Origin: a virus
Virus record (IMG/VR): IMGVR_UViG_3300034107_000273
Coordinates: 1-64,000 of that record
Length of the DNA: 64,000 nucleotides
Direction: 5' to 3' (one strand)
Position numbers and translations under genes: made by a program. Shown piece by piece: positions 10,085-20,800 of this stretch. The notes under the pieces are model-generated. The model did no database searches. It had not been told where the DNA came from and was given only the letters and a program-made list of their open reading frames with translations. Position 1 is the stretch's first letter. Every line of letters begins with the position of its first letter.

Positions 10085-10720
10085 ATGGCATATAATCGTG
10101 GAACGTCCAACAATATCATCGTTGGAGCAGCAGCGCTTTTTATTGCAGATACAACACTAACTCCAGCCACACTGGAGACACCAGAAGCAAGTAAGTCATT
10201 CAGAGATACATTGACTGATGACGCAACCTACACAAACGTAGGTTTCACAATGAACGGTCTTGAATTGCAGTTCCAACCTGATTTCGGTGAAGTACAGGTT
10301 GACCAACTTCTTGACGTTGCTAAGCTATACAAGCAAGGAATGCAAGTTAATCTTGCAACAGCATTCGCAGAAGCCACACTAGAAAATCTTCTATTGGCTT
10401 TGGCATATGGAGATTCACAGCTATCAGGTACAAAGAGCACATCTGCTGGACGTGCACTTGACCTATCTGCTGGAAAAATTGGCGAGTGCCCAGTAGAGCG
10501 TGGTATCGTTGCAGTAGGTCCAGGCACAGGTGACTGTGTTGACTCTGCATACGTAGAGCGAATTTACTCAGCATACCGTGCACTTTCAATTGAGAATGTA
10601 ACAGTATCTGCAAAGCGTGAAGAAGCTTCAATGTTTGAAGTTTCATTCCGTCTACTTCCAGAAGATGGTTCAGGATCATACGGTAAGATTGTTGACCGTA
10701 CTTGGACACAAGCTTCATAA
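10085..10720 (+). CDS. Major tail tube protein
   Basis: NIIVGAAALF, VGFTMNGLEL, VQVDQLLD, FAEATLENL, FEVSFRLLP; SD GAGG. Confidence 0.85.
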   Translation: MAYNRGTSNNIIVGAAALFIADTTLTPATLETPEASKSFRDTLTDDATYTNVGFTMNGLELQFQPDFGEVQVDQLLDVAKLYKQGMQVNLATAFAEATLENLLLALAYGDSQLSGTKSTSAGRALDLSAGKIGECPVERGIVAVGPGTGDCVDSAYVERIYSAYRALSIENVTVSAKREEASMFEVSFRLLPEDGSGSYGKIVDRTWTQAS

Positions 10721-10739
10721 TAACTTAATAATACAGCTT

Positions 10740-10775
10740 AGCCCATCTCATAACGAGGTGGGCTTTGTTGTTTTT
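10740..10775 (+). terminator. Intrinsic terminator
   Basis: AGCCCATCTC-ATAAC-GAGGTGGGCT followed by a T-rich tract. Confidence 0.75.
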
Positions 10776-10794
10776 GTGGTAAACTTAGTATACT

Positions 10795-11511
10795 ATGGCT
10801 ACAGAAGTATATAAAACAAAAAATATCTATTTATTTGATGGTACAGAGGTGCAAGTTATGCCTCTTAAAATTAAATATCTTAGAGAGTTTATGGATGTAT
10901 TTAATAACATAAAGAAAGCATCAAATGATGATGAATCAATGATGGTTTTATTAGAGTGTGCAAGAATTGCAATGAAACAATATTATCCTCAAATATCTAA
11001 AAACATAGAAGATCTTGAAGATAACATAGATTTGCCAACGGTGCATGAAATTTTAGAAATTGCTGCAAATATAAAAATAGGTGAAGACTCAGAAGAAAGT
11101 ATAAAGACTCAAGCACAAAGCAGCGAGGCTGGTCCAACATGGGAAGATTTTGATTTAGCAAAACTTGAATCAGAAGTATTTTTGCTGGGTATATGGAAAG
11201 ATTATAGTGAACTAGAAGCATCAATATCTTTATCTGAGCTATTATCAATAATAGCAAGTAAAAGAGAGTTAGACTTCCAAGAAAAGAAATTTTTTGCAGC
11301 AATTCAAGGTGTTGATTTAGAAGGCGGATCAGAACCTGAAAGAGGACAAAAGGAATGGGAAAACTTAAAGGCTAGAGTATTTAGTGGTGGTGCAACATCT
11401 GACAGCAAGGACATTTTAGCATTACAAGGACAAAATGCTAAAAATGTAGGATTTGGAATTGGCATGGGTCTTGATTATGAAGACGCAAGAGACCCCTCAG
11501 TCATGGTATAA
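10795..11511 (+). CDS. Tail assembly chaperone, long (GT-like) form
   Basis: Lies between the tail tube and TMP genes; N-terminal ~105 aa paralogous to 11539-11862, plus a C-terminal extension. Confidence 0.75.
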   Translation: MATEVYKTKNIYLFDGTEVQVMPLKIKYLREFMDVFNNIKKASNDDESMMVLLECARIAMKQYYPQISKNIEDLEDNIDLPTVHEILEIAANIKIGEDSEESIKTQAQSSEAGPTWEDFDLAKLESEVFLLGIWKDYSELEASISLSELLSIIASKRELDFQEKKFFAAIQGVDLEGGSEPERGQKEWENLKARVFSGGATSDSKDILALQGQNAKNVGFGIGMGLDYEDARDPSVMV

Positions 11512-11538
11512 TTGATACGAACCTAGGGAGGGATCAAA

Positions 11539-11862
11539 ATGGCAACAACTGTGCATGAAGCGCATAAAGTCAAACTAATTGATGGTACAGAAATAACCTT
11601 AAGACCGCTTAAGATTTCACTTTTACGAAAGTTTATGAAAAAGTTTGAGGGTATTGCAGCAGTGGTAGATGATAACGATAAGTCAATCAATCTACTAATG
11701 GAATGTGTACTAATCGCAATGGAACAATATAAGCCAGAACTAGCAGCAGATATTTCTGCTCTTGAGGAAAATATTGACTTACCTACAGTATATGAAATTG
11801 TTGAAACTGCATCAGGAATTAAGCTTTCTGAAGCGTCATCAATTTTCAGTTCTGATGAGTAA
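11539..11862 (+). CDS. Tail assembly chaperone, short (G-like) form
   Basis: DGTEITLRPLKI...LEENIDLPTVYEI; own promoter TGGTATAAT 11504-11512 and SD GGGAGG. Confidence 0.75.
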   Translation: MATTVHEAHKVKLIDGTEITLRPLKISLLRKFMKKFEGIAAVVDDNDKSINLLMECVLIAMEQYKPELAADISALEENIDLPTVYEIVETASGIKLSEASSIFSSDE

Positions 11863-11888
11863 TATAACTAAATAAAGAGGTGTAGTGA

Positions 11889-14800
11889 ATGGCTGATGTT
11901 CAGTCTAATATTAAAGTAAGTATTGATACTACTGACGCACTAGCCAGTATCAAAAACTTACAAAGACAGATATCAGCCTTTCACACATCAATGGCTAAGG
12001 GTGGTGCTGCTGCTAATGCAGTCACTAGCCAATTACAGCAAAACTTAATTAACTCAGTTAATGCTACAGGCAAGTTCTCTGCCCAAATGAGAACCATTAA
12101 AACAACAACTGAATCTTTTACAAGTTCTTTAGAAAAGAACAAGTTCTCCATGGGAGAATACTTTAGGTATGCTGGTGGTGCATCAAAAACTTTTGGTAGA
12201 TTATTTAAAACTGAGTTTGAAACAATAAATAAAGTAGCAAGAGAAAATGTAAAAGATCTTCAAACACAATACATCAAGATGGGCCGTGATGCAAACGGTG
12301 CAATGAAGGCAATTGCCGTAAGACCACTTTCTCTTGATATGAATAATCTTGCAACAAAAACTATGGTTGCTGCTCAAAAACAAGCAATCCTTAATCAGCT
12401 ATTAAAACAAGGATCAACCAATCTTTTAAACTTTGGTAAAAATACACAGTGGGCTGGTCGTCAGCTTATGGTTGGTTTTACAATACCACTTATGGCTCTT
12501 GGAGCTGCAGCATCAAAAACGTTCATGGATATGGAAACACAGGCTATACGCTTTAAAAAGGTTTATGGAGATTTATTTACTTCAACAACAGAAAGTACTG
12601 CAGCATTAGATGCAATAAAAAATCTTGGTAAAGAATTTACAAAGTATGGAATTGCAGTATCAGATACAGTTGGTCTTGCATCAGAAGCAGCTGCAGCAGG
12701 TTTTAAGGGTATTGACCTTCAAAGACAAACAGCAGCAGCAACAAGGCTTTCTATTTTGGGACAAGTTGAAAGTCAAAAAGCACTTGAAACTACCATTGCA
12801 TTACAAAATGCTTTTGCAATGTCTTCTGAAGATTTAGCAAAAAATATTGACTTTCTTAACGCAGTAGAAAACCAGACAGTTTTATCTCTTGATGATATGT
12901 CAACTGCTATTCCAAAAGCAGCTCCAGTTATTCAACAGCTTGGTGGAGATGTTAAAGATTTAGCATTCTTCATGGCTGCAATGAAAGAAGGTGGAATCAA
13001 CGCATCAGAAGGTGCTAACGCACTTAAGTCTGGTCTTGCTTCTATGATCAATCCTACTGCAAAAGCATCAGCAATGCTTCAAGGTTTTGGAATTAATATA
13101 AAGAAAATTGTTGTAGACAATAAGGGTGATTTAAAAAAGACTGTAACTGATTTTGCAACAGCATTAAATAAGCTTGATCCACTTAACAGAGCACAAGCAA
13201 TTGAGCAGATGTTTGGTAAATTCCAGTTTGCTCGTTTGTCTACACTTTTTGCAAACGTTACAAAAGAAGGTACTCAAGCAGCTCGTGTACTTGATTTAGC
13301 TGGGGCATCAATTCAAGAACTTGCAGCTCTATCTGAAAAAGAATTAGGACAAACATCAGAGTCTGCAATGAACAAGTTTAGGTCATCTATTGAACAGTTA
13401 AAGCTAGCTTTAGTACCAGTTGGAGAACAGTTCTTAAAGGTTATAACACCAATTGCTGAGTTTATTACAAAGATTTTAGATAAGTTCAATAGCCTTGGAG
13501 ATGGAACAAAAAAGGTTATTGTTGTATTAACAGCTGTAGTTGCTGGCCTTGGTCCAGTATTGCTTATGACATTTGGTTTGCTTATGAATGGACTTGCAAA
13601 TATAATTAAAGGTTTTACATTCTTAAAGTCTATATTTAATAAAGCAGGAAGAGCAACTGGAACTCTTGGCGATGAAGTCAAGTATATGACTACTGAACAG
13701 AGAAATGCTGCAGCTGTTGCATCTTCACTTGATCAAGTTCATAGAAAACTTGCACAAACATTTAGCTCTGAAGCAGCAGCAGTTGATGGACTAACAAGAG
13801 CCTATTACAGAGCAGTTGCAGCCCAATCACAATTTATGCCAATTAGAGTACCACTTCAAAGAGGCGCAGTTAAAAAGAGAGCAAAGGGAAAGCCTGCAAG
13901 AGTTGGCGGTACAGGAAATCAAGATACAGAATTAGCATTACTAATGCCTGGAGAAACAGTAATTCCAACTAAGATGAGCAAGAAGTATGCCTCAATTATT
14001 AATGGAATGATTTCTGACACTATTCCTGGCTATAAGGTTGGAAGAGATCCAGGATCTGGTTCGGCAGGAAGAGTTGGTAAAGTTATTCCAACAGTTCTAA
14101 GGCCTTACTCAGCAAACGTTAGTGCAACATCTGGTTTGGTTGATTTCTTAAATATTGATCCTAGCAATACTGCCGATGTTGCTAGCCTATACACTAAGCA
14201 AATTATGGACGCAGCAGGTGTTTCAGCAAAATCTGTAGTAACTGAAATTAACAAATGGCGACAAAACAATATGGCTGCTTTGCAGAAGGCTGCTAATGCA
14301 GTTAATGCTGGAGCAGATGCAACAACAGAGTTTGGACCATTAGTAGAAAAATTTAATGCAGATATGAAAAAAGCAGGGGGACCTTTTTCTCAGTTTGCAG
14401 CAACAGCAAAAAGAATGGTTCCAGAACTTTCAAAAGATTTAGTTCAAGCACAAACAAAAGCAAGAGAATTAGGCTTAAATATTAAAAGGGGTGCAGATGC
14501 TGTTAGACTGTCAGAAGCGCTACCTGGAAATATGATTGCTGGTGATTTATCAAAACCAGGTAATTTTTCAAAATTTTCAAAAATTAGAGCAGGAGCAGGT
14601 TCATTATTTGGAAAGACTCGTGGAATTAAATATATGGGAATTCCTAGATTTATGCTTCCTGATATGCATCCAAGTGAAAGAGCTTATAAGTTAGGAACTT
14701 CACAAGAACATATTAGCTCGTCTCTTCAACAAGAAGCACAAGCAATAAGTTTAAGAGCAGAAAGATTAGCAAGAAAGTCAACAAGTAAAGAATCTGCAGA

Positions 14801-17800
14801 CACTGGAGCCAAAGATGCAAAAGCATATAGTGACGCAGTTGAAAAGGGTACAGAAGATATTTATGTAAAAAGCAGAAAGCGTAAAAGTCCACATCGTTTA
14901 GTACCACAAGACGGAAGAGACGATGCACGAGCATATAACAGAGCAGTAGATAAAGAACTTAATAGGGGTGGTAAGAAACGTCGTGTTGCTTACAGACCAC
15001 AAGGTGCACCTGTTATTCCACCTGTTATTCCACCAGTTATTCCACCAGTTGTTCCACCAGTTATTCCACCTGTTATTCCAACAGATTATGTTCCAGATGA
15101 AGGACCAATGCATGGACCTAGAAAACCAACTAAATATGATAAAACAGTTGGAAATGCAGTAGGAAAATTTAGAGGTTCAAAGATTGCACGTCTTCCAAAA
15201 TCTGGAATGGGAATGGGATTATCTTCAGCTTTAATGATGGGATCGTACATGATTCCTGGCAAAACTGGAGAGATAGTTCAAAAAGTTTCTATGGCTGCTT
15301 TTGCACTTAGCAGTTTAACAACACCAATATCTTTACTTGTTAAAGCCTTTGGTGTTGCAGCAGTTGCACTAGGTTCTGGAATCGCAGCTGCAGTTGTAGG
15401 AATTGGTTTAGCAATGTATCTGTTTTCTAAGTCTTCAAAGAAATCAGCAGAAGATATTAAAGAAGCAGCTAAAAGAGAGTCAGAGGCAAGGATAGGAAGC
15501 GCTAGAGCGGTAGAACAATTTGCAAAAACATTTAATAAAGCACTTCCTAGTCAAAGAGAATTTAGTAGATCCAATAGCCAAAAAATTAAGGGAAGTGGTA
15601 CATTAGTAGATCAATATGCTAAAGATTATGCTACTGAAGGAAACATTTCTACACAAATTATTAATCAAGCAGCAAAAAAGGGTCAAGCTGAAGGCATAGA
15701 TGCAATAGCAATAGATGTTGCAAATAAAGCAGCAATTCTTGGATTGTCTCCAGAAGAAATCGCTGCAAATATAAAAGCAGCATCAAGGCTAATTGAGGCA
15801 GACGAAGTAAAGGTTACAGCTAAAATACAACAACTTCTAGCTCCAGGTGGTAAAGACATTCTTAAAGAACCACTAACCATTGATGCAAGACTAAATTATT
15901 TAAATAAGCAAAGCACACCTATAATTAAAAATATTGATAAAAGTATTAATGAAATATCTAAGATTAGGTTTGGTAAAGTAAATCCTCTTCCTGGATCTGA
16001 GACTTTTGATTATAAATCATTAGAATCAGCAGCTGGTGATTGGAGTTCAATTACAAATTCATGGAAGGGTGATTTCTGGGATAAAGCTTTAGCTGCTGGC
16101 AAAACATGGGTTATGCTTCAAAAGAATACCATTAAAAGTGCAATAAATCCATTACTAGGTGCTGGAAGCGCTCCAAGTATGGTTTTAAATTTCACAACTC
16201 CAAGTGCTGTAGAATCATATGATGCTGTACAAGAGCGTATACAAAATGCAAGCACAAGAGTTTCTATTGCATTTATGCAACAAAAAGAAGCACTTGCTCT
16301 TTTAAACGGACAGTATGCTGATGGTCAAATTTCAGAAGAAGAATATAACAAACAAAAACAAATTTCTAGCAACAATCTTAATAGTCTTGAAAAATCATCT
16401 ATTAAATTAGTAAAACAGTTAAATAGACTAGATGACAGCGGTGAGTCTGCAGCAAATGTAATCAAAGATTTAGCAGATCAATCTTTATCTGCTTTGAAAG
16501 CAGCCAATCCTGATAAATTTAATGAAATAACAAAAGCAATCTCAGCTTTACCTGATGATGCCGAAGTTGGTATATATATGGGGTACACAAGAGGCAGCTT
16601 GACACTTATGGATTTAGCAATAATTCCAGAAGTTCTAAAAAAGATAGAAGGCCAAGAATATTCAGCAGCTATAACAATAATTGCTACATCTGGTTTAAGT
16701 AATGAGGGAGTGATACTAAAAAAACTGAAAGCAGAAGCTGAACTTGCAAAATTACAACAAATGGCAGCAACTCGTCCTGGTCCTGATAGAGATCTAATTA
16801 GAGCAATATCATACTACCAATCTCAAATTACTGAATTTGATAGAATAATTAAAAAAATAGAAGGTGTAGATCCAGTTGGAAAACTAGATACAGACTTTAA
16901 TCCTTATCAAGATCTTGAGGATGGAACAGATGGTGCAAAAACCGCTTCAGAAGAATACGCTGATGTTCTTGAAAAAGAAATTGATGCTCTTAAAGCAAAG
17001 CGTGATGCACAAAAAGATGCAAACGATGAGGTACAACGAGAAATAGATTTAAAGATGAAGTTGCAAGACCTTGCCAATGAAGCAATAGAGGCAAAAATAT
17101 CTGGTAATTATTTAAAGGCTGCGATTCTTACCCAACAAGCACAAAACGTACAAATGAAGTTCAATCAAGAAACAGAATTAAAAAAGAAAGATGATCAAAT
17201 TGCCAAACTTGAAGCACGCCTTAGAGAAATTGAAAATGGAGCAGCATTAACTCGTGCTGAAAGTGAAAAGCTTAAAGCAACAAAAAAGCTTAAAAAAGCA
17301 AATGGTGGAGCAGTAAAGGGATTTAATACAGGCGGTAACGTACGTGGTGCAGGAACAGCGACCTCTGATTCTATCCCAGCATACCTTTCAAATGGTGAAT
17401 ATGTAATTAAAGCAGACTCTGTAAAGAAGTATGGAACAAAAACTTTTGATGCCCTTAATGCTGGTAAGTTTGCAGAAGGTGGAATTATACAAGGTTTTAG
17501 AACTGGTGGACTCAACAGGATTGTTAAAAGTGGTATATCTAGTGTAAGTAAACTAATTGGTTCAAAACTTTCTGGTTCAAAATCTGGAGTCAGCGCTTCA
17601 GTATTAACTTCAAGTCAGAAAAAGCAAGAGTGGATGGATGCCATGGTTGCTGCTGAAATTGCCAGGAACAAGGCTAGAAGAATACAGGAATCTTCATCTT
17701 ATGAAAACATAGTGTTTCCAGAAATAATGGATTACTCAGATTTTGCACATTCACAAAATTTTATGTCGTCATTAAATTCTGTAAACAAGGTAGAACATAT

Positions 17801-20800
17801 ACCAACTGGACAAAAAGGTTATCTAAAGTCTTTAAAAGAAATGACTCCACAAGAAGCAAGAAGAGAAGTTTTTGGTTCACTTTTTGCAAGACGAGCTGAT
17901 TTGCTTGCACCAACTAATACTGCTGTTAAATCATCAGTATTTGAGCCACCAAATGACATTTCAGTTTTTAGTGCAGCATTAGAAGATTTATCTCCAGGCT
18001 CAATTAGTGAGAGAACATTATATAATAAGTTACAACTAAATCTTACAAGAAAACCTGATGTACATGATTTATTGCCTGCAGATATTTACGCTGCCTTAGA
18101 TATGACTTCTGAAAAATCTTATAGAGATACAATATTATCTGCAATAGGATATTCAGATCTTCATGGAGGTAACTTATATCTAAATCCAAAAACAAAACAA
18201 TCTGGAGCAATTGATTTTGGTAGGATTGGAGACTCTGAATACTCAATGCCTATGTTTGCAACAGATAAATCCTTTGATAGTATAGTAAATAAGCAGTACC
18301 AAAAATATGTGCAACTACCAGATTCTGAAAGACCTGCATATTTAGAAGGGTTAAGAAGAGCAGAAGCAACGCTATCTAGCATAACAGATTCTGAGATTGC
18401 AGAAATGCTATTTCAATCTGGGTATGACAAAACAGATATTATATTACCAATATATCAAAAATATATAGATAACGTTAGAAGAGCAATTGCTTATAGATTA
18501 TCTGCTAAACCAATCCAAGGCTGGGATGAAAACATAGCAAAAATGCCTATTGATGAAGATTGGTTTAAAGAAACTGTTTATAAACAGACGACAGACTTTG
18601 CCAATGGTGGAGCTGTAAAAGGCTTTAGAACTGGTGGACTCAATAGAGTTGTCTCAGGTTTTGCTAAAAAAATAGCATTTTCAATTCCTAATAAAATAAA
18701 TCAAATTAAAAATTATTTAAAGGTAAGATCTCTTATCAAAGATGGAATGTATCATGGCTCACAACCAACTGGTTTACGTGGAGAAGAATACTTACAAGGT
18801 AAAAATATTTTAGAGGGTGCAGAAACCTATGATCCACATTATGGAATGGGCTTCTTTGGAACAAGTTCAAAATCAGAAGCAGAGATGTACGCAGCTGGTT
18901 ACAACTCACCTAACAATTGGTCAGAATCTTTTGGATCAATGAACAAGATTACAAAGGCTCCTTTTGGAAAATATGTAGACTTTACCAGGGGAACCAATTC
19001 AATTAAATGGCAAAATTACAAACTATATCAAGCATTAGGTATGGAAAAAGACGGGTACTTAGGAAACTATCTTACTGAAAACCTTGGCGATATTATGGCT
19101 GGCCAAAATGTAACTGGAAGCATAATGAATAGAATTAATGATGGTATGGTTCCAGGAGACATGGCTTCAGCAAAATGGTTAGCATGGGCAAAGCCTAAAG
19201 GAGTACATACAGAAGAATACATGGGAAGTTTTGCACCTAAAAAACCAGCCTCTCTTTTAGATAACTTAAAGTCTAAGTTCTCCATACTTAATAAGCCTAA
19301 AAAATATAATACAGGTGGACATGTACTTGGTGCAGGAACTGCAACCTCTGATTCTATTCCTGCAATGCTTTCAGATGGAGAGTATGTAATTAGAGCATCT
19401 TCTGTAAAGAAATACGGAACAGAAACATTTGATGCATTGAATGCTCAGAGATTTAGTGAAGGAAGTCCTGGTGGTGTTAGCCCTACCTCTGACCTTGGAA
19501 AACTTTCAAAAAAGCAAATGTTTGGTATTGGTGCCAGATCAGCAGCTGCATACCAAGCAATGGAAGAGCTAGAAAAAGCACTTTCATTAAGATGGGGTGC
19601 AAATAAAAATGCATCTGGATTCTCTAAATGGAGCAGAGCACTTGGTAGAGTTGGATTTAATGCATTACAAGGTGGTTTTTCAGGAGTATACACAAGTGCA
19701 AACCCTTTTGGTGCTCTTGTTGGTACAGCTTATGGTTTGGGAGAAGGAATAGTTGGTCTTGCTCAAAGCGGATCTGATTATGGAGTAAAGGGCGGAACGT
19801 ACTCTAACGTAAAAGGTTTTAATCCTAACGCACAATTAGACAGTATGAATCCTCTTGATTCATTAATTAATATGGGAATTTCTACATTAATTGGAGGTGG
19901 CCTTGGAGTTGGGTTCGGAAAAATTGCTGAAAAATTAGGGCCATTACTAAAACCAAAAGCTATTGAAATAGCAAATAAAATTCCAGAATCTATAAGAAAT
20001 AAGGCTACATTAAAGTTCAATGCTTTAAGACCAAAAATTGAACAGTTATCTCAACCATTTGGTAATCCATTTAAAAAGAAGCCTCCTGTAGCAAAAACAC
20101 CATCATTAATTGGAGCAGCAGCAAAAAGAGCTGCACAACAAACACCAGCATTTGGACAAGAATTATTGCAAGCAGGTGTTTGGAATACTTTAGGAAAAAT
20201 AAAAGGAATTAATAAATATAATTTACGTACAAGAATACCTAACCCATACATGATGCATGGATTAAAAAAAGGATTTGGTTATAGTTATAGAACTGGTGAA
20301 TCATACTATGATGAAGTTGTTAATACACAATATAAACGTGATAAGTTTGCAGCAGAACCAGACCCAGATGATCTATTTGCCAGTACATTTAAAGACAAAT
20401 TTTATTATGGATCGGAATCCTTTGGAGAACTTTTTGGCTTAATTGCAAAACGATCTAACGATAAAGTTTTACAACCTTTAGTAATGAATCCAATTAAGGG
20501 TGGAACTAGATTAATTAAGGCTGGATATGAATCCTCTAAAAATCTTTTTTCCAATATGAAAAACAATTTATCAAAAGACAATATAGATAACTTCCTATAC
20601 AGATATACACCATTTGGTACCATAAAAGCTTTACGTGCAGGGAAAAATATTAATCCACCACCTGGAGCTGACCCTTGGTCAACTTCTGTGTCTAAGATTC
20701 CAAAAGAGTACGACCCTTCATTGCGTGATTTATTTACAATGCCAACTTTCCACGGAGGTGCGCTTCCAGATACCCTACTTAATAGATTGAAGCCTGGAGA

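Noticed and set aside
10795-11862. Programmed -1 frameshift joining the two chaperone ORFs
   Set aside because: The ORFs do not overlap, the second has its own promoter and SD, and it duplicates the N-terminus of the first
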